Below the pieces are notes generated by a model. The model did no database searches. It had not been told where the DNA came from and saw only the letters and a program-made list of their open reading frames with translations. From assembly GCF_000007005.1 (NCBI RefSeq), contig NC_002754.1: DNA of 64,000 nt; one strand, written 5' to 3'. Below are positions 1 to 10,255 of the stretch, piece after piece (within the stretch, counting starts at the first letter, position 1; every line of letters starts with the position of its first letter). This stretch comes from Saccharolobus solfataricus P2 (GTDB lineage Archaea; Thermoproteota; Thermoprotei_A; Sulfolobales; Sulfolobaceae). A program made the position numbers and the translations under genes.

Positions 1-701
1 TGGAAAGAGGCAAAAGGCTTGATACTGATAAGGGAGTAGTATTTTACGACAATTTAATAGGTCTTGAATATGGTACCTCACTAACCTTGAAAACTGGTGT
101 TAAAGCCTACTTACTAAAACCTACTATCCAAGATCTCTACTCCAAAGGGTTAAAGAGACCCTCACAAGTTCTATATCCTAAAGATATAGGATACATTTTA
201 ACTACCCTTTCACTAAATCAAGTAAAGACAGTTATCGAAGCTGGAACTGGTTCTGGATTTCTTACAATCTCCTTAGCTTTAAGTTTAAGTGAGAACGCTA
301 AGATCTATACTTATGATATAAGAGAAGATATGCAAAAAGTAGCTAAATTTAACGCAAATGTGTTGGGTGTTCAAGATAGGATAGTATTCAAATTGAAGGA
401 TATAAGGGAAGGTATAGACGAGAAGGAGGTAGACGCAATTTTTCTAGATATGCCCGATCCATGGAACGCCATACCAAAGCTTTATGAGTCTCTGAAACCT
501 TCGTCCACCATAATTATATTTGTTCCTACAGTAAATCAAATAGAGAAAACATACTTCGCAATGAAGAATTCTGGAATTATAGATATTCATGTAGAGGAAC
601 TTATCTTGAGGGAGTATCAAGTTAAAGAGAACGCTATAAGGCCTAGAAATATAGGTATCATGCATACGGGTTTTATTATTAGGGGAAGAAAATCAATATA
701 A
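1..701 (+). CDS. trmI: tRNA (adenine-57/58-N1)-methyltransferase, 5'-truncated by window edge
   Basis: Frame is open from position 3 ([11 protein letters not shown]...), so the true start is upstream of the window. EAGTGSG SAM motif, [14 protein letters not shown] and ILREYQV..RP motifs of TrmI/GCD14. Confidence 0.9.
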   Translation, partial: ERGKRLDTDKGVVFYDNLIGLEYGTSLTLKTGVKAYLLKPTIQDLYSKGLKRPSQVLYPKDIGYILTTLSLNQVKTVIEAGTGSGFLTISLALSLSENAKIYTYDIREDMQKVAKFNANVLGVQDRIVFKLKDIREGIDEKEVDAIFLDMPDPWNAIPKLYESLKPSSTIIIFVPTVNQIEKTYFAMKNSGIIDIHVEELILREYQVKENAIRPRNIGIMHTGFIIRGRKSI

Positions 702-722
702 GGTACTGTTATTGGAGTATAT

Positions 723-1058
723 TTGATGAGTGAAGTTAAGTTTAACGCATATTCTAAAGCGATAATGGAGTTTGAGGATGAAATAAAGAGAATAAAGAAA
801 GAGATAGCAGATGATAGTAAAAGATTAATCACCCTTTCGGATTCTTATCTTTCTGAGTTAAGGGCAACTGCTGAGAAATCATTAGGAGATGTTCAGAAAT
901 TATTGAACGATGAGAAAAAAAGGCAGTTAGATGAGATAAGAAATAAATATATTTCAGAACGAGAAAAACAATTAGAGGAGATAAGAAAAGAGGCTGAGAA
1001 GAATATCGATAAGGTTGTAAATGAGGTTATAAGGCAACTATTAGGTGTCTTTAAATGA
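723..1058 (+). CDS. Coiled-coil protein, probable A/V-type ATPase peripheral stalk subunit H (G-like)
   Basis: 111 aa, E/K-rich, all-helical. Ends IRKEAEKNIDKVVNEVIRQLL. 4-bp ATGA overlap with the next gene. Confidence 0.55.
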   Translation: MMSEVKFNAYSKAIMEFEDEIKRIKKEIADDSKRLITLSDSYLSELRATAEKSLGDVQKLLNDEKKRQLDEIRNKYISEREKQLEEIRKEAEKNIDKVVNEVIRQLLGVFK

Positions 1059-2035
1059 GTTATGCGATCTATTCTTTTATACATTCAATTTCCAGAACGC
1101 AAAAGGTTTCATTATTAACAAAAGGTTTAGTTAATGAATTAATAAGTAGTGAAAGTTGGAATAATGTTGCCTCTCTGCTTAAAGAAAGGGGAATAATTGA
1201 GGAACAACCAGCTAGTTTAGAAGATTTTGAATACATGCTCAAGTCTAGATCTCTTACACTATTAGAAAAGATAAGGAATTACTTTTCAATTTTTAGAGTA
1301 ACCTATAATATAGTTGACCTATATATTTATATGATATCTCTAGACGAATTGAAAAACATAATAGTTAGTATAGTTAACGGCACTGGTAATGGAAATAGTA
1401 ATAAAATAAGATTTTTTAGAAAGTACTTTGATCAAATACCATCTTCACTTGAGGAATTAATGAATAGTTTTAAGGGAAATGTATACGCTAATGCACTTTC
1501 ATACGCCATTAAGGATGGACAGGGAAAAAATATATCCTATCTTCTATCGCTACTTGATATCTATTTCATAAAGAAACTATCAGAGATTATAGAAGGTTTC
1601 AAGGGAGATTGGAAAAGCCTTGCTGAAAATATAATATGTTATTATAAAGATTACTATTCAATATCATTGGCAATTAAACATAAAACAGTAGAGAATACTG
1701 TTTGTAAAATCGGTACCGAGATACTTAAAGATCTCTCTTCTTCCACAAGTGATGCTGAAACACTTGATATTTTAAGACGAACTCAATACTCAAAGCTACT
1801 TAACGTAAATAGCACTTATGGGGCGCTCGCTAGCATGTATAGAATAGCGAGAATCAACGCCAGGAAGAACTCAGAGCTAGTATTTATGAGTTCTCCATTT
1901 AACCCTGCCTTAGCATTAGCATTAGCAGAACTAATACGTCTTGATACGGAAGATATAATAAGTATAGCGAATGCGAAAAGCCTACGATTAAAGGAAGAAA
2001 AAATTAAGAATATGCTATCCTTCGAGATCATATAA
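1055..2035 (+). CDS. A/V-type ATP synthase subunit C (AC39/V0-d family)
   Basis: 326 aa helical. N-terminal SRTQKVSLLTKGLVNELISSESW and C-terminal LIRLDTEDIISIANAKSL..EKIKNML match the family pattern. Confidence 0.65.
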   Translation: MSYAIYSFIHSISRTQKVSLLTKGLVNELISSESWNNVASLLKERGIIEEQPASLEDFEYMLKSRSLTLLEKIRNYFSIFRVTYNIVDLYIYMISLDELKNIIVSIVNGTGNGNSNKIRFFRKYFDQIPSSLEELMNSFKGNVYANALSYAIKDGQGKNISYLLSLLDIYFIKKLSEIIEGFKGDWKSLAENIICYYKDYYSISLAIKHKTVENTVCKIGTEILKDLSSSTSDAETLDILRRTQYSKLLNVNSTYGALASMYRIARINARKNSELVFMSSPFNPALALALAELIRLDTEDIISIANAKSLRLKEEKIKNMLSFEII

Positions 2036-2344
2036 TATTTTCTCGTCCACTATATATTCGTCATCTTCTTTTATTATGGTCGATTCAGGTATCTGTGGGG
2101 GATTTGGCATATTTTCTATTGGTTTAGTTTTACCTAAATATATCCATTTCAATTTGCCCCCAATTTTCTCTAATTTGTACCAATATTTCCCAATATAGAT
2201 ATATCTTTTACCATTTTTATATACAATATGATAAGGTTTTAGATAGACACCATATTCCTTTATCTTCGTATTATATTCGTAGACCATTACTTTAAGTTTG
2301 TCAATAATCATATCGAATTGCTTTTCGTTTACCTTAACTCTCAT
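2015..2344 (-). CDS. Hypothetical basic, Tyr-rich protein
   Basis: Start refined to MRVKVNE. Contains [21 protein letters not shown]. Confidence 0.7.
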   Translation of the reverse strand: MRVKVNEKQFDMIIDKLKVMVYEYNTKIKEYGVYLKPYHIVYKNGKRYIYIGKYWYKLEKIGGKLKWIYLGKTKPIENMPNPPQIPESTIIKEDDEYIVDEKILYDLEG

Positions 2345-2401
2345 AACTATCATCTTTATTTTTATTATTTAAAATGCAATGATAATAATGGTCGATATTA
2401 C

Positions 2402-3382
2402 ATGCTCTACAGACGCATAGGTGATACTAACATTACGGTATCTGAAATAGGTATAGGGGTATGGAGTTTGGTTACCGATTGGTGGGGAGCTGATACAAAT
2501 AAGGCGGAGGATATAATAAGAAGGGCGTATGAAGTCGGAATTAATTTTTACGACACCGCGGACACCTATGGAGAGGGTAAGGGCGAGGAAATTATTGCAA
2601 AAGTTTTAGAGACTAAGAGAGATAATATAGTAATATTAACTAAAATAGGATATGACTTTTATCATAAAGAGGGAGGTAAGATACGACAAAGATTTGATAT
2701 ACCATATCTTGAATTTGCTTTAAAGAGATCCCTAGAAAGATTAAGAACAGACTATATTGACATACTTATGATTCACAATCCTAAGATGAATGCTATCAAA
2801 AATCTAGAGATCCTATCTTTTCTTAGATCGTTAAAGAAAGATGGAATAATAAGAATGTATGGTGTCGCATTAGGCCCAACATTGGGTTGGGAAGAGGAGG
2901 GAATTGAGGCCATAAATATGGGTTACGAAAGTCTCGAGTATATATATAATATCATTGAGCAAAGACCAGGGAACAAGTTCCTAAAGTACGAGAAAGTAGG
3001 CCATATAATAAGGGTGCCGCATGCTTCTGACGTTCTAAATGAGGACAAATGGCCACTAATTTCTGATCCTAAGCTTCATAGGTCGTTAAAGGATATTAAA
3101 TGGCTAAATGAAGGAATCAAGAGAAGCTTAAAATTAAAGGAATTTGCAAGTTCTAAAGGAATGACGTTATCTGATCTAGCACTGAAGTTTATCCTCTCTA
3201 ATAAGAACGTATCCACAGTGATTCCTAATATAACTTCCATAAATGAATTGGAGAAATATGTAAAAGTTGAGAATTTGTCAATTCTTACTGAAGATGATTT
3301 AAAATATATTGGAGAATACTATAGGAAATATTATGAAGATCTAAATGAGGATAGTATAAAAGAAACTTTAAGGTATAAGTAG
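2402..3382 (+). CDS. Aldo/keto reductase
   Basis: Start refined to [29 protein letters not shown] and [16 protein letters not shown] motifs. Confidence 0.92.
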   Translation: MLYRRIGDTNITVSEIGIGVWSLVTDWWGADTNKAEDIIRRAYEVGINFYDTADTYGEGKGEEIIAKVLETKRDNIVILTKIGYDFYHKEGGKIRQRFDIPYLEFALKRSLERLRTDYIDILMIHNPKMNAIKNLEILSFLRSLKKDGIIRMYGVALGPTLGWEEEGIEAINMGYESLEYIYNIIEQRPGNKFLKYEKVGHIIRVPHASDVLNEDKWPLISDPKLHRSLKDIKWLNEGIKRSLKLKEFASSKGMTLSDLALKFILSNKNVSTVIPNITSINELEKYVKVENLSILTEDDLKYIGEYYRKYYEDLNEDSIKETLRYK

Positions 3383-3410
3383 GTTATTTTATTAATTACT
3401 ACTTATATAT

Positions 3411-3989
3411 TTATTCTTTTTCAGTATAACTCTCTAAGAATTCTGCAAATTTAGCAAAAGCCCTTGCCCTATGAGAGTACCTATTTTTCTCCTCTAATGA
3501 CATCTCTGCGAAAGTTCTCTTTTCTCCTTCAGGTATAAATATAGGGTCAAATCCGAAACCTAAATTACCTCTAATCTCTTCAGAAATAGCTCCCTTTACG
3601 ATCCCAATAAATGTTTTAATTATTTTTCCGTCAGTAAACGTTAGTGCAGTCATAAAATAGGCAGACCTATCTTTTATTCCTTCGAGCAATTTTAGTATAC
3701 CTTTAAGCCCTATTGTATTCTTAACAAAATTAGTATAGGGACCAGGGAAATTCTGTAATGCTTGCACGAATAATCCGCTATCATCTACTATTAATGGCCT
3801 CCTAAATATCAAATATGCCAAATTTGCTGCAGTTCTAGATATTTCTTCTAAGTCATCACTTTGTATTTCTATTTTCTCTCCTCTCAGATGCTCTAACTCT
3901 ATATTAAAATTCTTTGCAATTTCCTTCAGCTCTATAAATTTATTTTCATTATTCGTTAATACTCCTATTTTTACGCCTCTCCTCAACAT
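3411..3989 (-). CDS. rdgB: Non-canonical purine NTP pyrophosphatase (RdgB/HAM1)
   Basis: TNNENK, DDSGL...FPGPYT, GFGFDPIF and SHRARA motifs. Confidence 0.95.
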   Translation of the reverse strand: MLRRGVKIGVLTNNENKFIELKEIAKNFNIELEHLRGEKIEIQSDDLEEISRTAANLAYLIFRRPLIVDDSGLFVQALQNFPGPYTNFVKNTIGLKGILKLLEGIKDRSAYFMTALTFTDGKIIKTFIGIVKGAISEEIRGNLGFGFDPIFIPEGEKRTFAEMSLEEKNRYSHRARAFAKFAEFLESYTEKE

Positions 3990-4620
3990 ATCTACCTCTC
4001 ATCCTAATATCCTTTACTAGTTCTAATATCTCATCAGTCTTTCTTCCCATGATTTTTCTGTAACCCTCTATAAATGCATCGTATATTATATCTTTAAAAT
4101 CAGAATGTACACTTTCTAAAGATCTCAGAAATACATGCAAATCTGTTGCGAAATCCTCCTCATCTTGAGTTCTTCTTGATAAGCCGAAATCTATTATGAA
4201 GATATCGTCATTTGTAGAGCTTAAAATTAGGTTATTGGTAGTTAAATCACCGTGTGCTATTCCAATATTATGCAACTTTCCCGTAAGTTCCCCTATTCTC
4301 TTCCCAATATTAGGCAACAATTGTGTAGGATTATTTGTGTTTATAATATCTTTTACTATCTCTCCTTCTATATATTCAATTACCAATAAATAATTATTAG
4401 GATCTATAAAAAGTACTGCGGGTACGTTCACGTCATTTTTCAGTGCAGTATAAATTATCTTTGCTTCTAGTATTGTCCTCTCATAGTTAATTTTGTGATC
4501 TAGTTCTGGATTTCTATAACTTTTCTTGATCCTTTGCTTAAATATTGCATGTATGCCTAAAAAATACCCTTCATATATGTTGGATTCTGCGCCACGCTTA
4601 ATTAACCTTAATTTCTCCAA
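3949..4620 (-). CDS. bud32: KEOPS kinase Bud32
   Basis: [13 protein letters not shown] and IDFGLS kinase motifs, C-terminal RGRY; adjacent to kae1. Confidence 0.95.
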
Positions 4621-5586
4621 GGAATATCAACCTCATCTACTCTCCATCTAGGCCTTATGTATGATTTATCAACGTCAATAAATACACCTTTAGATGCAGC
4701 TAACATACCGGCATAGGCTATCATCGCTCCGTTGTCTCCCGCAAATTCTGGAGGTACTATTTTGATTTGTACATTCCACTCTTTTCCTAACTCTTCTAAT
4801 TTTTTTCTCAAACTCACACTTGCTGCTACTCCTCCAACTATCATTAATTCCTTCTTTGAGGTAAGCGCTAATGCCCTTTCCGTAGCCTCTAACAACATGT
4901 CAAATGCTATTTCCCTTACTGAGTAACAAATATCTTCTAACTTTTCCTTGCCAACAACCCTTAAAGCTGCTGTAAGTAATCCGGAAAATGACATATCTTG
5001 ACCTTTAACAACGTAAGGTAATTTAAGCAATTTATTTCCCTTCTCTGCACAAATATCAATTACATGTATTCCATTTATAATATACGGTGGTGCCAAGCTC
5101 ACCTCTCTTACAAATACATCCATCATGTTTCCTAATGCAATATCTAATGTCTCCCCAAAAACCCTAAATCTTCCTTTATAGAAAGTGGTTATTATCGTAT
5201 TTCCACCTGAGAGGTATAAGATTAGAGGATCTCTGGCTTCAGTTGTTAAATACCCTATTTCAATATGTCCTATACCATGGTTTACTGGCACTAGTTTCTT
5301 ATTATATTTCAATGCTATTGCTCTCGCTAGTGTAGCTCCAACTCTCAATGCTGGTCCTATACCTGGCCCTAAAGCTACCGCTATATAATTAATATCGTTT
5401 ATACTAATTTTAGCCTTCTCTAAGGCTCTTCTTAATATAGTAGCTGAGACCTCAGCATGATGTTTTAATAGATCCCAGGCTCATACCCCTTCTTAGGATA
5501 AGTATCCTTCATCGCCAATATATAAGGTGGCGATCTCTACTATCTACGCCGAAGGTGTGAGCAGTGACTCATACCTAATACAACAT
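4608..5586 (-). CDS. kae1: tRNA t6A biosynthesis protein Kae1; first ~110 nt broken by many 1-nt deletions (probably sequence error)
   Basis: One open frame 4608-5480 ([50 protein letters not shown]). The N-terminal TAHTFGV codons and an ATG at 5586 are visible upstream in shifting frames. Confidence 0.9.
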
Positions 5587-5588
5587 AT

Positions 5589-5780
5589 TTATCTTTTCTT
5601 AGAAGCGCCTATAAACTCAGTGTAACCACACTTTCCACAAGACCATCTTTCATTTGGTTTTAGGTGATGAGCCATTATACTTCCACATCTAGGGCATTTC
5701 TTATTTTTCAGCTTTACCTTATTCCCTTCGATCACGTAATAAGTCCTTACTATTGCTTTAACCTTTTGCTCCTTGGCCAC
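5589..5780 (-). CDS. rps27ae: 30S ribosomal protein S27ae (eS31)
   Basis: CPRCG...CGKCG zinc ribbon; GTG start giving [11 protein letters not shown]. Confidence 0.95.
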   Translation of the reverse strand: MAKEQKVKAIVRTYYVIEGNKVKLKNKKCPRCGSIMAHHLKPNERWSCGKCGYTEFIGASKKR

Positions 5781-6120
5781 CTTTGCTTCCTCCTTTCTTT
5801 TGTTTAGTTCCAGCATCTCTATCTAATAAATATTTTGGCTCAACTTTCTCTAATATTTCACGGGATTTATAAATATGTAATTTCACGTTACTTATGCCAG
5901 CTCCATAGCTTGTAGATATCTTTCTTACCACTACTAAGTTTTCTTGGGAACCCAAAGCTTGAATTATTGCCTTTATTATATCTTTCCTGGATGGGGTTCC
6001 GCTCCCCATATGATAAACTTTTAATGAGATTTCACGCCTACCTATGACAGAATTTTGCATATCCCTTTCTATAATCCCTTCAGCCTTATCTGAGATCTTC
6101 ACTTTAGCTTGAGACTCCAT
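5758..6120 (-). CDS. rps24e: 30S ribosomal protein S24e (eS24)
   Basis: [18 protein letters not shown] and [21 protein letters not shown] motifs. Confidence 0.95.
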   Translation of the reverse strand: MESQAKVKISDKAEGIIERDMQNSVIGRREISLKVYHMGSGTPSRKDIIKAIIQALGSQENLVVVRKISTSYGAGISNVKLHIYKSREILEKVEPKYLLDRDAGTKQKKGGSKGGQGAKG

Positions 6121-6186
6121 TCTATTTCACCATTTTTAAAAATACGTATCAATTTAAGGTTTACTGTTTTAAACGTTATCGCTTTA

Positions 6187-6990
6187 CTAAGCCCTTATTT
6201 CGCTTTTTAGGAGATCCTTAGTGATCTCCCCCGCTACCGCTTTACCAGAAAGTACCATAGCTCCAAATATTGGCCCCATTCTAGGTAATCCCTTTACTTC
6301 GGTAACTGCCATTCCGGTAGCGTATAAACCTTCTGCAACCTTTCCAGTGTTAATTACTGTTAATTCTTCAGCCCTTTCGCTATATGCTGATTTTTCGCCA
6401 GGAATAACTATTCCTAATTCTGGTATTTTTCTCGCAGCTACTGATATTACTTCAGCGTCATGACCAGTTGCGTCAACTACAGCTTTAGCTGAAATAAATA
6501 TAGGATCCACATGAAGGCTTGCCATTTGCGTTGCTGTCCACTCTACTGCCACTCCAGCTACTCTTAAAGGATTCTCTCTAAATATTACATCATCTACGGT
6601 AACTCCATGAATTATTTTAGCACCAGCATCTATCGCGGCAGTGGCTAATTTGGCCATGAATTCAGCCGAATCCACAACGTAAACTCCCTCTTCTACTTCC
6701 TTTAACCTTATATTGACTTCTCTTAGAATCTCGTCTGCGGGCTTTTCTATTATTAATTTATGGAATAGCATTGCCCCTCCGCCTATTCCTCCGCCGAAAC
6801 TTAACCTTCTCTCAAACACTAGCGTCTTTAATCCAGCTTTAGCTAGGTAGTAAGCTGCAGATAATCCAGATGGTCCTGCTCCTACTATTACAACATCAGA
6901 CTCTACAAATTGGTACCAATCTTCCATTGTTTCCTTAATTATGTACCTACTTATCTTGACTTCATCTACTTGCTTAATTTTAACTTCCAT
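6187..6990 (-). CDS. thi4: Thiazole synthase Thi4, His (non-Cys) type
   Basis: GAGPSG, GGGIGGG, HVDP, DATGH and [10 protein letters not shown] motifs. Confidence 0.95.
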   Translation of the reverse strand: MEVKIKQVDEVKISRYIIKETMEDWYQFVESDVVIVGAGPSGLSAAYYLAKAGLKTLVFERRLSFGGGIGGGAMLFHKLIIEKPADEILREVNIRLKEVEEGVYVVDSAEFMAKLATAAIDAGAKIIHGVTVDDVIFRENPLRVAGVAVEWTATQMASLHVDPIFISAKAVVDATGHDAEVISVAARKIPELGIVIPGEKSAYSERAEELTVINTGKVAEGLYATGMAVTEVKGLPRMGPIFGAMVLSGKAVAGEITKDLLKSEIRA

Positions 6991-7002
6991 AATCTAAAAT
7001 GA

Positions 7003-7033
7003 TATAACTTGCTTATAAATTAACTTTTATAAT
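7003..7033. promoter_or_regulatory. Divergent thi4/TRASH promoter with overlapping TATAA-N5-TTATA and TTATAAA-N6-TTTATAA palindromes
   Basis: TATAA 7003-7007 / TTATA 7013-7017; TTATAAA 7013-7019 / TTTATAA 7026-7032. Confidence 0.45.
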
Positions 7034-7079
7034 GTTATACATAGACAAGGTTTTTTTATAGCCAGAACGAGTGATAAGT

Positions 7080-7289
7080 ATGCCATTGCAATTAAATACT
7101 AGTACGGTTACGTTAAAGTGCAACTGGTGTGGTACTATCATAAAGGAAAATCCAATAGTAGTTAAAACATGTTGTAATAATAAACCGTGGGTTTTTTGTA
7201 GTAATAGGTGTTATCAACAATGGTTAGCGGAATGGTTAAGGAAGCAGGAACAAAGAACAGGAGGGAAAAAACAAAGAGGATTATTATAG
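7080..7289 (+). CDS. TRASH/YHS-type metal-binding protein
   Basis: CNWCG...CC...FCSNRC motif. An alternative GTG start exists at 7071. Confidence 0.75.
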   Translation: MPLQLNTSTVTLKCNWCGTIIKENPIVVKTCCNNKPWVFCSNRCYQQWLAEWLRKQEQRTGGKKQRGLL

Positions 7290-7837
7290 GGATAAGTGGG
7301 GCAAGTGGAACAATATACGGTATTAGGACTGTCCAATTTCTAAATGAGCTTGGTTATGAGATACATATCATAATTTCTAAAAGTGCGGAGAAAGTAGCAC
7401 AAAAGGAACTAGGTATCAATTTAATCAATGAACTGAAGAAGTATTCCTCTTATATTTATAATCAATCCCAGATCGAAGCTTCACCTTCTAGTTCAAGCTT
7501 TTCCATAACTTCAAAAGGTATGATTATCATTCCATGTAGTATTAAAACTCTTGCAGAAATTGCAAATGGTATTGGATCGAATCTTCTATCCAGAACTGCA
7601 TTAAATTTCATCAGAACAAATAAAAGGTTAGTTCTAGTAATTAGGGAAACCCCATTAGGTGCTATAGAACTTGAAAATGCCCTAAAGTTAGCTAGATTGG
7701 GGGTTTATATAATGCCAGCTTCTCCTGCCTTCTATATCTTACCAAAAAACATTGATGACATGATTAACTTCATTGTAGGCAAGGCTTTAGACTTACTGGG
7801 AATAAAGCATGATATATACAAGAGATGGAAGGGATAG
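7232..7837 (+). CDS. ubiX: Flavin prenyltransferase UbiX
   Basis: [27 protein letters not shown] and RWKG motifs. Confidence 0.92.
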   Translation: MVKEAGTKNRREKTKRIIIGISGASGTIYGIRTVQFLNELGYEIHIIISKSAEKVAQKELGINLINELKKYSSYIYNQSQIEASPSSSSFSITSKGMIIIPCSIKTLAEIANGIGSNLLSRTALNFIRTNKRLVLVIRETPLGAIELENALKLARLGVYIMPASPAFYILPKNIDDMINFIVGKALDLLGIKHDIYKRWKG

Positions 7838-8002
7838 TATGAAAACCTCTAATCCTAGTAGCAGTTTTCTGAAAACAACGCGTAATATAAACTGTTCATA
7901 TTCATAATCCAAATTAGAGCATTGGTCTAATGTTAAATACTTGGAATTATTTTTGTAAAAGATTTTGTGTTCCTCATAGACTAATATCCCATTATCATTC
8001 AT
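7793..8002 (-). CDS. Hypothetical protein, possibly the 3' part of a disrupted longer gene
   Basis: 69-aa ORF; coding-like fragments continue upstream to an ATG at 8172 that follows a TATA box. Confidence 0.35.
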   Translation of the reverse strand: MNDNGILVYEEHKIFYKNNSKYLTLDQCSNLDYEYEQFILRVVFRKLLLGLEVFILSLPSLVYIMLYSQ

Positions 8003-8198
8003 TTCCTCTCTGCCTTTTTTGGAGATTTTACTTAGTACCTTTAATCATCTTCCTTTTATAGAACTATCTCCATAACTGATTTAATTCTAGTCTTTCATTG
8101 AGTAATTTAATTTCTAGATTTTTAAAAATGTGTACACTTATCTATGTTCTACAAGCTTTCTATACACATCATTACAATCCTTAACTTATAAAATAGAG

Positions 8199-8588
8199 TC
8201 ATAAGACATCTAATCCTTTTTTGCCAAATTTCTTAGATATTATCTCTTTCATTTTATCGTCGTAATCCTCTTTTTCAAGTTCTTTTTCAATTTCATTATC
8301 CCTTTCATTCTTCTTGTTAATGGCAAATGCGCATTTGTTACCAGGTAATAGTGCTCTCTTTTCACAATAAGCGTATTGGCATTCACCAGTTATACATACA
8401 TCTCCTACCCATCTGCAATAGCCGACTTTGTATGGATTCCCTTTTGCGTATTTTACTTGAACTAATAGTGCTCTCTTATTACACCTGAAATATGGACACA
8501 AATAGTTACACTTATCTCCTAAAGGCATTGGTTTCTGCTCATCAGTAAAGGAGGGCTGTCTTTCAAAGCCTCTATTTCCGTTCCTCAA
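8199..8588 (-). CDS. Cys-rich hypothetical protein (8 Cys, likely metal-binding)
   Basis: CNYLCPYFRC...CRWVGDVCITGECQYAYC...C followed by an acidic/basic tail. Confidence 0.75.
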   Translation of the reverse strand: MRNGNRGFERQPSFTDEQKPMPLGDKCNYLCPYFRCNKRALLVQVKYAKGNPYKVGYCRWVGDVCITGECQYAYCEKRALLPGNKCAFAINKKNERDNEIEKELEKEDYDDKMKEIISKKFGKKGLDVL

Positions 8589-8628
8589 ACTACTTATACC
8601 CCCAAACTTTTAGACAATCATATTAAAC

Positions 8629-9177
8629 TTACATTTTGACCCATTTAAACATTATGTATCTTATACCTTCACTTTTACGATCCACTAGAGCCAATACTAA
8701 TCTCTTTTTAGTGCTATGTGAGACTCTACCGAAACTCAATAGTTCATGAGGTGTGATTTCCTCATCAATATCAACAGCAATAACGACATAGGGTGCATGT
8801 TCTAATCCTGGCCCTAATGTATATACCGCAAAGTCCGCTCCATACTTTACTCCAGATCTAACTATAAATCCTTTTTCCCTTAAGTCTTCATAAACTTTGT
8901 ATAAGATCTCGAATTTATTAATCTTCATTGCACTATATTCATATAATTTCTTATACTCAAGAAGGTCGCCATTTTTATCCACAACATTAATTAAACCCTT
9001 CTTAGTTAGATATACACTTTCAATTAGTGACAATTCCAGAGGTCTAACTATATCTTTAGGGCCTTTTGGCTTAGAAATTCCTATGGGTTTTCCATAGAAA
9101 CCATTTGAATAAAGGTATCTTGACTCATCTATACTTGGAACTAGTACTTTAGATCCTACCAATAAAGCTTTTACCAT
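8629..9177 (-). CDS. endA: tRNA splicing endonuclease, catalytic subunit
   Basis: VRSGVKYGADFAVY, HAPY and RVSHSTKK carry the catalytic Tyr/His/Lys. Confidence 0.95.
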   Translation of the reverse strand: MVKALLVGSKVLVPSIDESRYLYSNGFYGKPIGISKPKGPKDIVRPLELSLIESVYLTKKGLINVVDKNGDLLEYKKLYEYSAMKINKFEILYKVYEDLREKGFIVRSGVKYGADFAVYTLGPGLEHAPYVVIAVDIDEEITPHELLSFGRVSHSTKKRLVLALVDRKSEGIRYIMFKWVKM

Positions 9178-9825
9178 CTACATCCTCTCATATGCGATAT
9201 AGGTTATATTGTCAGCAGAACTCTTCAATAGATCCTCACTATCTTCTAATCTGTCAGCTATATCTTTAAGTAACATTATATATGAGAAGTCAGCGAGCTT
9301 CTTCTCAAATAGTGCTAATTCTAAACTCCTATACAATTCATCTATTTCTTGCTCCAATTTTATTACGTTACGTGCATTTTCATAGGAATTTTTCGGGTTG
9401 ACAGATAGTAATCTTAATGCCTCTATGAAATAGGTAATAGATGTAATTATTTTTTCACAGATAACTATAAGTAATCTATTTATTACGTTGTCAATATTCA
9501 TTTGTTTAGATAGTATAACACTTAGCCTATATGTAGCAGCGTCTAGGTTTTGTGAAACTTTCTCTAAATTATTCAATATTTCTACATATAAATCCTTATC
9601 TAATAATCCTTCTCTTATTTTGAATATATATTCACCTAATCTGTATTTGCTAACCTCTATATCGTTTTTTATACCGTTTACCTTAGAATAGATTTGCATT
9701 GCATTTACATTTGAATTACTGGTATTAGATAGGAATTCATACAAAACTCTAGTTTCATCCAATAATTTTAATGATATTTGTTGCAATTGCTCCTCTATTG
9801 CAAGTGTAGCTATTCCTTCACCCAT
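9178..9825 (-). CDS. DUF47/PhoU-like helical protein
   Basis: [10 protein letters not shown] and [11 protein letters not shown] repeat halves typical of DUF47. Confidence 0.8.
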   Translation of the reverse strand: MGEGIATLAIEEQLQQISLKLLDETRVLYEFLSNTSNSNVNAMQIYSKVNGIKNDIEVSKYRLGEYIFKIREGLLDKDLYVEILNNLEKVSQNLDAATYRLSVILSKQMNIDNVINRLLIVICEKIITSITYFIEALRLLSVNPKNSYENARNVIKLEQEIDELYRSLELALFEKKLADFSYIMLLKDIADRLEDSEDLLKSSADNITYIAYERM

Positions 9826-9850
9826 TGTGAGTTAAAACAGTCATTAAAGT

Positions 9851-10255
9851 TTAAAAATTAAGATGTGACACACTATTCATAATCTTTTCTATTTGTTCTA
9901 AATCTTTATCTATTTCAATATTTACCCCCTTTCCTTTCAAATAATTATTCAGATTATTTAGAAGTTCTTTTTCATCCTTTAATCCCACTATTACCAAATA
10001 ATTAACTAAACCAAGCGCTTCTTCTTTAATTTGATTATCGGTTGTTTTATCTATATTTTGGATTATAACTTCTAATCCTTGGAAGAGTTCTTTTCTAACT
10101 CTTCTCATCCTCCTAACCAGTCTAGTAGCTTTTCCTATGTCAGGGTTGGGAAAAGCTACCAAATTCTCTAACTCATTCAAATATTCAGTATGATCATTTA
10201 TTATTGTTTCAAAATCAAATAATACTCTACTTATTACCATATCACTTTCATTCAT
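9851..10255 (-). CDS. Hypothetical helical-bundle protein
   Basis: 134 aa ORF overlapping the upstream gene by ATGA within an operon. Confidence 0.75.
   Translation of the reverse strand: MNESDMVISRVLFDFETIINDHTEYLNELENLVAFPNPDIGKATRLVRRMRRVRKELFQGLEVIIQNIDKTTDNQIKEEALGLVNYLVIVGLKDEKELLNNLNNYLKGKGVNIEIDKDLEQIEKIMNSVSHLNF

Noticed and set aside
4608-5586. kae1 as a true pseudogene or recoding case
   Set aside because: About 17 deletions within 110 nt cannot be recoded, the gene is essential, and the remaining frame is intact.
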